A stretch of DNA of 64,000 nucleotides from the human T2T-CHM13v2.0 reference genome, Homo sapiens. Numbering within the stretch: the stretch's first letter is position 1; each line of letters starts with the position of its first letter. The notes beneath the pieces are model-generated. The model was given only the letters and a program-made list of their open reading frames with translations. It was not told where the DNA came from and searched no databases. Shown piece after piece: positions 24,224 to 38,692 of the stretch. The stretch lies in NCBI RefSeq assembly GCF_009914755.1, contig NC_060940.1; one strand, given 5' to 3'. The position numbers were made by a program, and so were the translations under genes.

Positions 24224-24888
24224 GTGAGCTCGGGTCTTGGGAACGTGTGGCGGAGTAGGGAGTGAATCAAAGCCGGCACTGTGGTTTAGGAATTTCCTTA
24301 AACACTGGGGAAGCATTTCCGGGCCTCCTGCGGGTTCACACTGCCTGTTTCCGGCGCGTGGTTCTTGGCAGTGCGGCCTCTCGCTTTTGACTGCTCCTGA
24401 GTCTCCTTTTGCTGTGGTTCTTGTATTTGGGGAAGTGTCTCAAGGCGCAGGTATGGGATATACAGCGCCCTGCCCTGAATCCTGGGCGGATTTTCCTGTG
24501 ACCAGCCTGTTTGTTGACTCTTCCCGGGAGTTCCACTCTCACTTCTGCGTTCAGCCCTCACTGGAAAGGCCCGCAGGCAGGTAGCACCTTTCTGAGGTTC
24601 TGGATGTGACAGCTTTTTTTTGCTGTATTTTTTTTTTGTCTTCCATTCTGTGGTTGGAGCCTTTACACTTAAAATTTTTGAACTTTCTTTCTTCACTCCT
24701 TTCCTGCTCCTGCCCCCAGGCAGGATCGTATGTCCCTCCGGAATTCACAAAACATGATTTGCATTTCCCTGAAATGTGAGATTTTCCTACTACTGTAGTT
24801 TTTCTGTTTCTAGTCTTTTAACTGATTTGGGTATATTTAAACGTCTCAAAAAACTGGAGTAAATAATACGCTTTGATGGATGTTTCAG

Positions 24889-24962
24889 GTGTGATTCCCT
24901 TCAGTACGGCGGCACCGTGGAAGTGCAGACTTTCACAGGGGGTGTGGTCTCAGCTCACACAG
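24889..24962 (+). other. SRCAP: SRCAP 5' UTR exon 2
   Basis: tgtttcAG|G acceptor, CAG|GTGAGG donor; GC-rich 74-nt block in an AT-rich intron. Confidence 0.8.
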
Positions 24963-25596
24963 GTGAGGGATCTGCTACCATTTTGTGTGCTGATGCTAAT
25001 GGGAGAAATGTTTGAGATAAAGCAATTATAGGTCCGTATTGGGGATTTTCACTCTAGAGAAGCATGGGAATGTTTGCATGTGATTTTTCTGTAGAGGGTT
25101 TGATTATAGTACAACAACAGAACTGAGGCTGTGGGTTGAGGAAAACGTGGTCAACCTGGCTCTACCAGGAAGAGTAGCAGGTTTTCCTTGGTTTTGGCAT
25201 CAGACTGTGGATTGAAGCCCTCCTATCACTTTTTTACTGTGTAACCTTCCGCAAATCATAAGGTCTTAACTTCGTAACTTACAAAACAGATTATATTAGA
25301 ATGTAAGCTACATTTAGGTCGGGAATCCTTTCTGCATGGCTCTATCCGTTGTGTGTAGGAGGAAGTCAATATTTGTTATGCTGTGAAAAGCACTTGGTTT
25401 TTAAGGTAGGTGTGAGGATTATAGAACACATCAAACAGGTACTAAAAGTATCTTATACATAGTAAGTGCTCAAGAAATGTAACCTGTAATTTCTGTGTTT
25501 CTCTTTATTCAGTGTTATTTCTGGTTTTTTAAAAATACTTTTTCATCCCCTTTAACTGCATTTCTGTCTTTTTTTTTTTTTTTAACCCTACTTTAG

Positions 25597-25805
25597 GTGC
25601 TCCAGAGGCTGGTGGACCTGAGCGGAGGCTGGGACGCCCTGGTGGGCCCCGGGCCCTGGAAGGCGGGTCCCGGTGGCCGGTGGCCCAGAATGAGGCCAGC
25701 TCCCAGCATGCCCTGCAGCCGGACGCCAGCCCCTCGGCCAGCAGTACTGGTGATAACAACCCAGTCATTCTTCAGGCATCCAAGGGGGAGCCTGGGAGTG
25801 GGACC
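25597..25805 (+). other. SRCAP: SRCAP exon 3, 5' UTR part
   Basis: Long poly-T tract then ctttAG|G at 25596/7. Confidence 0.9.
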
Positions 25806-25859
25806 ATGCAGAGCAGCCCCTCCCCTGCTCACCCTCAGCTCCCAGTCCTACAGACACAG
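25806..25859 (+). CDS. SRCAP: SRCAP exon 3 CDS (start; MQSSPSPAHPQLPVLQTQ)
   Basis: ggACCATGc; donor CAG|GTTTGA; known N-terminus. Confidence 0.95.
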
Positions 25860-26293
25860 GTTTGAAAGTGGGAAGAGTTCCTTCTCTGCTTCTGCTTTGT
25901 GGATTGTTGAGTGTGAGGCAGAAGAAATGTGGCAGGGGAATATTTGTGGAGAGTTTTGGAGAATCTTTGGTGCTCGGGGGCTGGGCTGTAGTATATCAGG
26001 TCTGTTGGATACTCACATTCCATTTAACATTAGTGTAATATTATCTCCAAGAGTGTAAAAGCGCCTCGTTACCTGAAAAAGGTTGAATTAGGCTAGGCTG
26101 GAAATGGAGGTCGTGGCACCATGCTTCTAATACCATACGCTTTAAGAATAGTTTAACTTCTATCAGTACTGGAGTAGGATAAGCCTATGGATGGTGTGTA
26201 GTGTTCATTCCTTTCTCATACCAAGGAAGGGTGTGGGGTAGGAAAAAAAGCATGACTTTTAAACACATCTAGGTGTGTGTACAGTCAGCTTTC

Positions 26294-26415
26294 TATTTTA
26301 ATTTTTTAAATTTTTCTATAAAAAGGGTTTCTTTATTGTGTCATCCTTGCACAGGGGCCATGCTAATCTTTTCTGTATCCTCCCAGTTTTAGTATATGTG
26401 TTGCCAAAGTGAGCA
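26294..26415 (-). pseudogene. 3'-truncated U6 retrocopy fused to an AATAAA-containing tail, with TSD
   Basis: gtgtcatccttgcacaggggccatgctaatcttttctgtatcc..ttttagtatatgtgttgccaaagtgagca is the reverse complement of U6 nt ~1-79; TSD gtacagt(c/a)agcttt at 26279 and 26416. Confidence 0.92.
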
Positions 26416-26590
26416 GTACAGTAAGCTTTTCATGTTTGTAAAGTTGGTATTTATAGTTTTCCTGAGAAACTGGGGAAATTTGTGACATACAGTCTTGTCA
26501 TTTAGCCGAGGTAGGAATTTGAGTGGCGCAGTGTAAGGCTTATGTCCTGGAGTGAATTTGTGAATTCCCTGAGTATCCACCTTTCAGTAG

Positions 26591-26791
<201 letters not shown>

Positions 26792-26896
26792 TAGAGATGG
26801 GGTTTCACCATCATGTTGGCCAGGCTGGTCTTGAACTCCTGACCTCAGGTGATCCACCCACCTTGGCCTCCCAAAGTATTAGGATTACAGGTGTGA

Positions 26897-27058
<162 letters not shown>

Positions 27059-27163
27059 TGAGTAGCTGGGACTACAGGTGCGCGCCACCACGCCTGGCTA
27101 ATTTTTGTGTTTTTAGTAGAGATGGGGTTTCACCATGTTTGCCAGGATGGTCTTCATCTTTGA

Positions 27164-27337
<174 letters not shown>

Positions 27338-27524
27338 TGAGTAGCTAGGATTACAGGCGTCCGCCACCACGCCCAGCTAATTTTCTGTGTTTTTAGTAGA
27401 GATGGGGTTTCACCATGTAGGTTAGGCTGGTCTCAAACTCCTGACCTCTGGTAATCCACCCGCCTCAGCCTCCAAAAGTGCTAGGATTACAGGTGTGAGC
27501 CACCGTGCCCAGCCCTGTTTTCCA

Positions 27525-27635
27525 CCCTCCTTCCCTCCCTCCCTCCCTTCCCTCCCTCCCTCCCTCCCTTCCCTGCCTTCCCTCCCTCCCTCCCTCCCTC
27601 CTTCCTTCCTTCCTTCCTTCTCTCCCTCCTTCCTT
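27525..27635. repeat. (CCCT)n/(CCTT)n microsatellite, Alu-tail derived
   Basis: Direct reading. Confidence 0.9.
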
Positions 27636-28301
27636 CTGAGTGCAATGGCACAATCTTGGCTTACTACAACCTCTGCCTCCTGGTTCAAGCAATTCTCTGC
27701 CTCAGACTCCTGAGTAGCTGGGATTACAGGCTCACGCCACCACACGTGGCTAATTTCTGTATTTTTAGTAGAGATGGGGTTTCACCATGTTGGTCAGGCT
27801 GGTCTGGAACTCCTGACCATGTGATCCGCCCGCCTCGGCCTCCCAAAGTCCACCGAGCCCAGCTTCCATTTCTTAATGCTTTTGCAGTACCTTGTAAAGT
27901 GACGTGTTGGGTGTTTGAGAACATTGGCTATGCCTGCAGCCCATGCCTGTCCAGTGAAGAGGTTAAGGTGGCCTGGGATTTATTGGTGGCTGTTGAATTT
28001 AGTGGTAGCTCACATTTATTGCATAAGTGAGTTTGCCACACTTGTTCTGAAAATGGAGGGTAAATAGGGAGTTGTTTATGTGCATGAAATCACTGAGGCT
28101 CTGAAACGATCAGAATTTGAAATCATATGCTATATATATATATATATATGTATGTATATAAATTTTTTTTTTCCTTTTCCTTTCCGAGACAGAGTCACCC
28201 TGTCATCCAAGCTGGAATGCAGTGGCGCGATCTCGGCTCACTGCAACCTCCGCCTCCCACGCCTCCCAGGTTCAAGCGATTCTCGTGCCTCAACCTCCTG
28301 A

Positions 28302-28523
<222 letters not shown>

Positions 28524-28658
28524 TAATTCTTGCATGTCAAGCATCTATAAACTTGGCTCTGCCATCTTGAGTCCCTTATTAAAACTTTATCCCAAGGCCG
28601 GGCGTGGTGGCTCACGCCTGTAATCCCAGCACTTTGGGAGGCTGAGGTGGGCGGATCA

Positions 28659-28916
<258 letters not shown>

Positions 28917-29044
28917 TTATGAAAATAAGGTTTATACCTTACTCTACACAGTTTTTTCTTGTGAAGATCGGATGAAATAATGTATCTAAAACACTCAGCA
29001 CAGTGCGAAGCATTTATTTTCTCCATCATTTTCCTCTTTTCTAG

Positions 29045-29296
29045 ATGGTGTCGGACGGCATGACAGGCAGCAATCCTGTGTCCCCTGCCTCATCCAGTTC
29101 CCCAGCCTCTAGTGGGGCAGGCGGCATCTCCCCGCAGCACATAGCTCAAGATTCCTCACTGGATGGACCTCCAGGCCCCCCAGATGGTGCCACAGTGCCC
29201 CTGGAGGGGTTCAGCTTATCCCAGGCTGCTGACCTGGCTAACAAGGGCCCGAAGTGGGAGAAGAGCCATGCCGAAATTGCAGAACAGGCCAAGCAT
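29045..29296 (+). CDS. SRCAP: SRCAP exon 4
   Basis: AG|ATGGTG..CAT|GTACGT; MVSDGMTG..EQAKH. Confidence 0.97.
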
Positions 29297-29400
29297 GTAC
29301 GTATTAGAAAGGCTTATGAAGATTCTTGGGAGTTATCTTCCGTAAACTCCCACGTCCTCTTGAGTATTTTATGTTTCTTTTCTTTTTTGTCATGGATTTA

Positions 29401-29670
<270 letters not shown>

Positions 29671-29929
29671 TTAGCTGGGTATAGTCGCACATGCCTGTAG
29701 CAGTCGCAGCCACCCAGGAGCCTGAGTTGAGAGGATCACCTGAGCCCAGGAGGTCAGGGCTGCAGTGAGCCACGATTATGCCACTGCACTCCAGCCTGAG
29801 CAACCGAGTAAGATCCTGTCTCAAAAAAAAAGGAGAAAATAGACACAAAAGCACTTTGTAAACTGTGATGCTCTTAAGATTTACTGGTTTCTATTTATTT
29901 CTATCGTGCAGTCTGTATTACATTTATCC

Positions 29930-31038
<1,109 letters not shown>

Positions 31039-32163
31039 TATCCACGTCTTTCTTGATGTTTCCTTCACTGTCAGGCCATTTAGTCCTGTCTGGTCTCTGG
31101 CTGTCATTTTCTCTGATTTAGTTTTTATCAGGAGAGGACAGAAATAACAAAGACAGAGGCTGGGTGCGGTGGTTTTCGCCTATAATCTGAGCATTTTGGG
31201 AATCCCAGGCAGGCGGATTGCTTAAACCCAGGAGTTCCAGACCAGCCTTGACATTGTGAAACCTCGCCCCTACGAAAAATACAAAAAAATTAGCTGGGCA
31301 TGGTTGCATGTGCCTATAGTCAGTCTCAGCTACCTGGGAGGCTGAGTTGGGAGGCTGAGTTGGGAAGATAACCTGAGCCTAGGCAGCAGAGTGAGACCCA
31401 GAAAAATCTCACTCAGATTTCTGAGTGAGATTCAGAAAAAGAAATAAGGCAGTTGTCCTGAATTTTTTGAGTCGTCTCTGTCAAAAAAATTTTAAATGCT
31501 TTTTAAATAAAAGACAATCAGTGTAGAAGCTTTAGTAAAAATGACCACTCTTTTTTACACCTAATCAGTGTTAAACATTTCACGTATAACGTTTCAGTAT
31601 TTTTTACATAAACATATGCATTTTTACAAAAGTAGTATTTTTAAAAACAACAGTGTGTCAGTTGGGCATTATAGCATATTTCTAAGCTTAATGCATCATG
31701 AAAATACTCTGAGTAAGTAGAATTCTACAATGATGATGACCCCTTGTATCTAGAATCAAGAGGGAAGTATGTGTTCCCTACTCCTCTGGGAAGCTCCTCT
31801 TGGGATATGATTTCCCAAGTCTCTCCTATGTCTATGGGGTGTGGAGATTGTGTTAAATAATGGAAAGAGCATGAAATTTGCTGTCTGGAGTCCTCAGACC
31901 TATTTTTGATTCACATTTTCTATTACTTTCTAGCTGTGTGATCTTGGGCAAATCACTTAATCTCCCTGATCTTTTTTCCTTCTTCATCTCCCTGATCTTT
32001 TTTCCCTTCTCTGAAGAGAGTATGATACCTGCCTGTAAGTTTGGTATGTGGACTAAACATAAGCATAACACACTCAGCCCACTTAGTGCTCAGGAATTCA
32101 GCCGTGGCAGTGAGATGGAGTGTGTGTTTAGAACTGTTGATTGATCTGGCTCTCCCTGATTAG

Positions 32164-32349
32164 GAGGCCGAGATCGAGACTCGGATTGCTGAGCTGCGGA
32201 AGGAGGGTTTCTGGTCACTGAAGAGGCTGCCTAAGGTGCCAGAGCCCCCTCGCCCCAAAGGTCACTGGGACTATTTGTGCGAAGAGATGCAGTGGCTCTC
32301 TGCTGACTTTGCTCAGGAGCGCCGTTGGAAACGGGGTGTGGCCCGGAAG
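32164..32349 (+). CDS. SRCAP: SRCAP exon 5 (HSA domain start)
   Basis: EAEIETRI..PKGHWDYLCEEMQWLSADFAQERRWK; AG/GT ends. Confidence 0.97.
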
Positions 32350-32552
32350 GTAGGTCTTCCGCTGGGACTTCCTTCCTTTTCCTTTTCAGGTCTGTTCCTT
32401 CCCGGTTTGTTGGAAGGGGACCAGACAGAATGGTGTAGGCATTAAGAGCAAACTCTTGATTTTCCAGATTTCTTGGCCTTGATTATTTTCTTTGCCTTTG
32501 GGTGGGGAAGTCTGGCTTTGAGTGTTTTCACCTTGGGTCTTCATTCCCACAG

Positions 32553-32693
32553 GTGGTGCGCATGGTGATCCGGCACCACGAGGAGCAGCGGCAGAAAGAG
32601 GAACGGGCCCGGAGGGAGGAGCAGGCCAAGCTGCGTCGAATTGCTTCCACCATGGCCAAGGATGTCAGGCAGTTCTGGAGCAATGTGGAGAAG
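32553..32693 (+). CDS. SRCAP: SRCAP exon 6 (HSA)
   Basis: VVRMVIRHHEEQRQKEE..FWSNVEK; AG/GT. Confidence 0.97.
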
Positions 32694-33136
32694 GTAGACA
32701 GTGGGGATCAGGAAAGGAAAATGGCCTTGGATTAGATTGGTAGATGGCGTGGTAGTAGGAATGATCAAAACTTCTTGAGGGAGTAAATATAATTTCAGGC
32801 AACTCTAATGACGTTTATGTTGTATGGATAAAAAAGTATAGTGGCAAAATATGGGTCCTGCCTTTGGGGATTGTTAATAGTTCTCCTTGACACCTCTAGG
32901 CCATCTGTCCCTTGCAGGGCATTTAGCATGTGTTTACTGAAATGTATTTGTGCCACTTAGCACATGCTTAAATTCCGTCAAAGTTCCCACTGCCTGTATA
33001 GTAAGTTGTAATTATTTCTTAAGTACTACCCAGTTTCCGTCTGTATTTTCGGTCTTGCCTCCTGCCATGTTCATTCCTTCTCCCTTCCACTCCACACCCA
33101 CCTTTCTTTTGTATATCTCTGTCCATTTACACATAG

Positions 33137-33502
<366 letters not shown>

Positions 33503-33731
33503 TAGCTGGGATTACAGGCATGTGCCACTATGTCTGGCTAATTTTTGTATTTTTAGTAGAGACAGGGTTTTGCTGTGTTGGCCAGGCTGGTCTTGAACTC
33601 CTGACCTCAGGTTATCCACTCGCCCCAGCCTCTCAAAGTGCTGGGATTATAGACGTGAGCCACCGCACCTGGCCTAAAAATATTTTTTTGTGGAGACAAG
33701 GTCTCGCTGTTACATACCAAGCTGATCTTGA

Positions 33732-33977
<246 letters not shown>

Positions 33978-33983
33978 TAGTAG

Positions 33984-34175
<192 letters not shown>

Positions 34176-34493
34176 TGAGGCAGGAGGATCATTTGAGCCC
34201 AGGAGTTTGACACTAGTCTGGCCAACATAGTGAGATCTCATCTCTTTAAAAAAAAAAAAAAATCCAGCTTCAGATTGCAAACCTTCCCTCCACCTGAGGC
34301 GAAGCTGGCTCTTCTTCCTGCATGCTCCCTTTGTGCTTCCTTTAGACCATAGTGAGCCCCTAAGGTTATTTAGTTTTACTTTCCTAAGAGGCCAGCCCAG
34401 GATCTGGTTAAAGAAGGTCTCCCTAAACATCGGGTAAAAGTACATAAATAAAATGGTTATCTTGGTGAGCAGTCCCTTTCACATCTGTGGCAG

Positions 34494-34716
34494 GTGGTGC
34501 AATTCAAGCAACAGTCCCGGCTTGAGGAAAAGCGCAAAAAAGCCCTGGACCTGCATTTGGACTTCATTGTGGGGCAAACTGAAAAGTACTCGGACCTTCT
34601 GTCTCAGAGCCTCAACCAGCCATTAACCTCCAGCAAAGCAGGCTCTTCCCCTTGCCTCGGCTCTTCCTCAGCTGCCTCCAGTCCTCCACCCCCTGCTTCT
34701 CGCCTGGATGATGAAG
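34494..34716 (+). CDS. SRCAP: SRCAP exon 7
   Basis: VVQFKQQSRLEEKRKKALDLHLDFIVGQTEKYS; AG/GT. Confidence 0.97.
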
Positions 34717-34831
34717 GTGTGTGTTCTCTTTGGTCCTGTTACTCTTCCTCATGTACCCTTTCCAGAGCTGAAAAACCCACCCTGTGGCTTGCAGGGCCCG
34801 TGGACTTTGTGACCTTGTTCTCCTGCTATAG

Positions 34832-35109
34832 ATGGGGACTTTCAACCCCAAGAGGATGAGGAAGAGGATGATGAGGAAACGATTGAAGTTGAAGAACAAC
34901 AGGAAGGCAATGATGCAGAGGCCCAGAGGCGTGAGATTGAGCTGCTTCGCCGTGAGGGAGAATTGCCACTGGAAGAGCTGCTCCGTTCCCTTCCCCCTCA
35001 GCTGTTGGAAGGGCCTTCCAGCCCCTCTCAAACCCCCTCATCTCATGATAGTGACACCCGAGATGGGCCTGAAGAAGGTGCTGAAGAAGAGCCCCCTCAG
35101 GTGTTGGAG
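34832..35109 (+). CDS. SRCAP: SRCAP exon 8 (acidic)
   Basis: DGDFQPQEDEEEDDEETIEVEEQ; AG/GT, frame continuous. Confidence 0.96.
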
Positions 35110-35518
35110 GTATAGGCAGAAGGAGCAGAGGGAGGGTTCAGAGGGGGAACAGAGGGAGAGGTTCAGGGTCTGAGTTCCGGGCTGTGAGGTTGGTTATGAG
35201 TTTTAGGAGTTCTGCTAGTAATGGACATTTGGGCTCTTTGGGGATGACTGGGGAAGAATCTGTTTGGGGCAAGTTGCATTTTGTGATTGGCAGGTTTTGG
35301 CGCTATAGTGGAAGAGCGTATTGCACTTTCCTCTTTAAATTGCTGTGTGGTCTTGAAAAAGTACTTCCTCTGACCGTTACTTGCCACTTCTCTGAACATG
35401 CCCTAATGTTCCCTTATTGGCTTACAGGTTGGAAGCTGGCATGGTACCCTTAAGTCTTTTCTGTTTCTCCATATGTCTCAAGTGCATGGGGAAGTGTTGG
35501 GTGCCTTTATTTGTTACC

Positions 35519-35646
35519 TGGCACTTTCACAGTTCCTTCCCCAGGCAGTGGGGCCAGGATTTGGTAGCTGGTGCTGAGAGAAAACCCTTGATTGTATTCT
35601 TGCCCTGGGATTATACCAGTGGCAACTGTCACTCAATGGGACAGTG
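35519..35646 (+). ncRNA. SNORA30: H/ACA snoRNA SNORA30 (ACA30) in SRCAP intron 8
   Basis: Two-hairpin layout, H box AGAGAA 35577-82, ACA 35641-43 three nt from the end; sequence recognised. Confidence 0.92.
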
Positions 35647-35734
35647 ATTCTCCTGTGACACCTTTTTCAAGTTTGTGCCATTCTTCTGCTACTGTAACCT
35701 TAGACCCTTCCCTTTTTTATCTTTTGCCATACAG

Positions 35735-35828
35735 ATAAAGCCCCCACCCTCTGCTGTCACACAGCGCAACAAACAGCCTTGGCATCCAGATGAAGATGAT
35801 GAAGAGTTTACTGCCAACGAAGAGGAAG
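35735..35828 (+). CDS. SRCAP: SRCAP exon 9
   Basis: IKPPPSAVTQRNKQPWHPDEDDEEF; AG/GT. Confidence 0.96.
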
Positions 35829-35979
35829 GTCAGGGCTGTTCGGTTTGTCCTATTGCCCCTTACCCCTTGAATGAATTGTCTGGACCTAACCTTTCAGGCT
35901 TTCTCATCTGTTTCATTTGGACTGTGTCCTGTGCCTCTAGCCTCTATCCCTATTAATCTTGCTTCTGTCTCTTTCCTAG

Positions 35980-36069
35980 CGGAGGATGAAGAGGATACTA
36001 TAGCAGCTGAGGAACAGTTGGAAGGGGAGGTGGATCATGCCATGGAGCTGAGCGAGTTGGCTCGAGAAG
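35980..36069 (+). CDS. SRCAP: SRCAP exon 10
   Basis: AEDEEDTIAAEEQLEGEVDHAMELSELARE; AG/GT. Confidence 0.96.
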
Positions 36070-36551
36070 GTGACATTTACCAGACATTTTACTAAGCATC
36101 CACTTGGTGTCTGCGGTGTGCAGTACCAAGGATAAAGAGATGAATAAGGCACTTTGTATCCACCCTGGAGGAATTCCATGTCTAATGACTAAGACAGACT
36201 TGTAAACCAGTAATGATAAGTAGAAAGTGATGAGTGCTTATGATAGAAGTTTAAATGGTGATGTGGGAGTGAAATGGAGGGAAGAGCTAATGTAGGAAGA
36301 TACTGACAGCATTTGACCTGGACCTTGAGAGGCTCACCAGGTTGATAATGTTCTTCCCAATTCCCATGGTACTTCCCCCAGGTTGTGGGGCTTGGCTTTG
36401 CTAGCTGATGCTGAAAGTAAGCTCTTTTGCCTCCCCTCAGACCTGGGCCTAGCAGTATCTACAGAGACCTAGGTAAAATTAACTGGTACTACTCAGACCT
36501 CCCCTTCTCCCTCCCCTCAGAGCAACCAAAAGCTTTTTGTTTCTCTTCCAG

Positions 36552-36725
36552 GTGAGCTTTCCATGGAGGAGCTATTGCAGCAGTATGCAGGAGCCTATGC
36601 CCCAGGCTCTGGGAGCAGTGAAGATGAGGATGAAGATGAGGTTGATGCTAATAGCTCTGACTGTGAACCAGAGGGGCCCGTGGAAGCGGAAGAGCCTCCT
36701 CAGGAGGATAGTAGCAGTCAGTCAG
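36552..36725 (+). CDS. SRCAP: SRCAP exon 11
   Basis: GELSMEELLQQYAGAY..; AG/GT. Confidence 0.96.
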
Positions 36726-36815
36726 GTGAATATGTGGTCATGAAGCAGGAGCTGGGGAGGGTGGCCATTGGAAGAGCAGGTATGATGAGCAGTAAGCCTT
36801 GGTCTTACCCTTTAG

Positions 36816-37138
36816 ACTCTGTGGAGGACCGGAGTGAGGATGAGGAAGATGAACATTCAGAGGAGGAAGAAACAAGTGGAAGTTCAGCATCAGAGGAATC
36901 TGAGTCTGAAGAGTCTGAGGATGCCCAATCACAGAGCCAAGCAGATGAAGAGGAGGAAGATGATGATTTTGGGGTGGAGTACTTGCTTGCCAGGGATGAA
37001 GAGCAGAGTGAGGCAGATGCAGGCAGTGGGCCTCCTACTCCAGGGCCCACTACTCTAGGTCCAAAGAAAGAAATTACTGACATTGCTGCAGCAGCTGAAA
37101 GTCTCCAGCCCAAGGGTTACACGCTGGCCACGACCCAG
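36816..37138 (+). CDS. SRCAP: SRCAP exon 12
   Basis: DSVEDRSEDEE..LQPKGYTLATTQ; AG/GT. Confidence 0.96.
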
Positions 37139-37242
37139 GTATCCCCAGGTTCTGGCCTCTCCTTTCTCATGTCTTGACTTTCTCATGTCCCCACAACAAA
37201 TGCCTCATTTCCATTGTGTTACCTATATTTCCTCTCTGACAG

Positions 37243-37420
37243 GTAAAGACGCCCATTCCCCTGCTTCTGCGGGGCCAGCTCCGGGAGTACCAGCACATTG
37301 GGCTAGACTGGCTGGTTACCATGTATGAGAAGAAGCTTAATGGCATTCTTGCTGATGAGATGGGGCTTGGGAAGACCATCCAGACCATCTCTCTGCTTGC
37401 CCACTTGGCTTGTGAGAAAG
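37243..37420 (+). CDS. SRCAP: SRCAP exon 13 (SNF2 ATPase motif I)
   Basis: [25 protein letters not shown] (Walker A). Confidence 0.98.
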
Positions 37421-37659
37421 GTAAGTAGGCAAGGCCCCTTCTTTTGTTCCCCCTAGTCTAGCTCCCTGGGAGCTTGTTCAGTGATGACTCCAGCTTCATT
37501 GACTTTTGCTTTATTGACTCCGGTCATTAACTGTATAGAGAGGACAGTGTAGGTGCTAGGATTCCTAGGAAGGGCCAAAGGGTGGCCAGGGTTATAACTG
37601 AGAAATCAGAACCACAGAATTTACATTTCCTTACCATCTCTGATTTTTTTGCCTAACAG

Positions 37660-37796
37660 GTAACTGGGGTCCCCATTTAATCATTGTTCCCACCAGCGTG
37701 ATGTTGAACTGGGAGATGGAGTTGAAACGTTGGTGCCCCAGCTTTAAAATCCTCACTTACTATGGAGCCCAGAAAGAGAGGAAGCTCAAGCGGCAG
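37660..37796 (+). CDS. SRCAP: SRCAP exon 14 (motif Ia)
   Basis: [25 protein letters not shown]. Confidence 0.98.
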
Positions 37797-38188
37797 GTTC
37801 GATGTTTCATGTGGTCACTTTCCTCCCATTGATGCCTCCTTTATTTTTAAGCCCTTTCCTCAGGTGAATTCCTTTCTCTCTTCTTTCTTTTTTAAAAAAA
37901 ATTTTTTAATTTTTTGTAAAAATAAAGATGGGGTCTCACTATGTTACCCAAGCTGACCTTGAACACCTGGGCTCAAGAGATCCTCCCACCTCAACCTCCC
38001 AAAGTACTGAGACTATAGCTGTGAGCCACCGCACCCAGGCCCCTCCTCTTTCTGTCGCTCCATTCTTTTGCTGGGACTTTCTCTTTTCTTCCAACCTGAT
38101 TACTGTCCTTTGAGGAGTTTAGCATGTCTTCCCTTTGCTCTCTTCTTTTCATCCCACTATCTGCTACTTTCTGTCTTTGATCCCTCAG

Positions 38189-38358
38189 GGCTGGACCAAG
38201 CCCAATGCCTTTCATGTGTGTATCACATCTTACAAGCTGGTGCTGCAGGACCACCAGGCCTTCCGTCGCAAGAACTGGCGCTATCTCATTCTGGATGAGG
38301 CGCAGAACATCAAGAACTTCAAGTCACAGCGCTGGCAGTCACTCCTCAACTTCAACAG
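38189..38358 (+). CDS. SRCAP: SRCAP exon 15 (motif II)
   Basis: WRYLILDEAQNIKN (Walker B, DEAQ). Confidence 0.98.
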
Positions 38359-38499
38359 GTGGAGATGGAGATGGGGATTCATGGGAGGGTTGACTTGGCT
38401 AGAAGGGAGGGCTGCCTGGGTTGAGGAATGTATCAGAATGCTCAGAAGGTTGGGAGCTTGCTGACCATACTCTCTCTGATTCTCTCTGTCTCTTTGCAG

Positions 38500-38692
38500 C
38501 CAGAGACGCCTGCTCCTGACAGGAACTCCCTTGCAGAACAGCCTCATGGAGCTGTGGTCCTTGATGCACTTTTTGATGCCCCATGTCTTCCAGTCTCATC
38601 GCGAGTTCAAGGAGTGGTTCTCTAATCCCCTAACTGGCATGATTGAGGGCAGCCAAGAGTATAATGAAGGTCTAGTCAAACGCCTCCACAAG
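38500..38692 (+). CDS. SRCAP: SRCAP exon 16 (motif III)
   Basis: [23 protein letters not shown]. Confidence 0.98.

Larger units (their letters stand above)
22930..24360. promoter_or_regulatory. SRCAP: CpG island / bidirectional SRCAP promoter
   Basis: Very GC- and CpG-rich, repeat-free; contains 5' donor sites and several housekeeping TF motifs. Confidence 0.95.

Noticed and set aside
22959-24265. Many overlapping 100-180 aa ORFs on both strands
   Set aside because: Expected from stop-codon depletion in a CpG island
26520-26580. tRNA A-box-like tggcgcagtg next to the U6 copy
   Set aside because: No convincing B-box or cloverleaf
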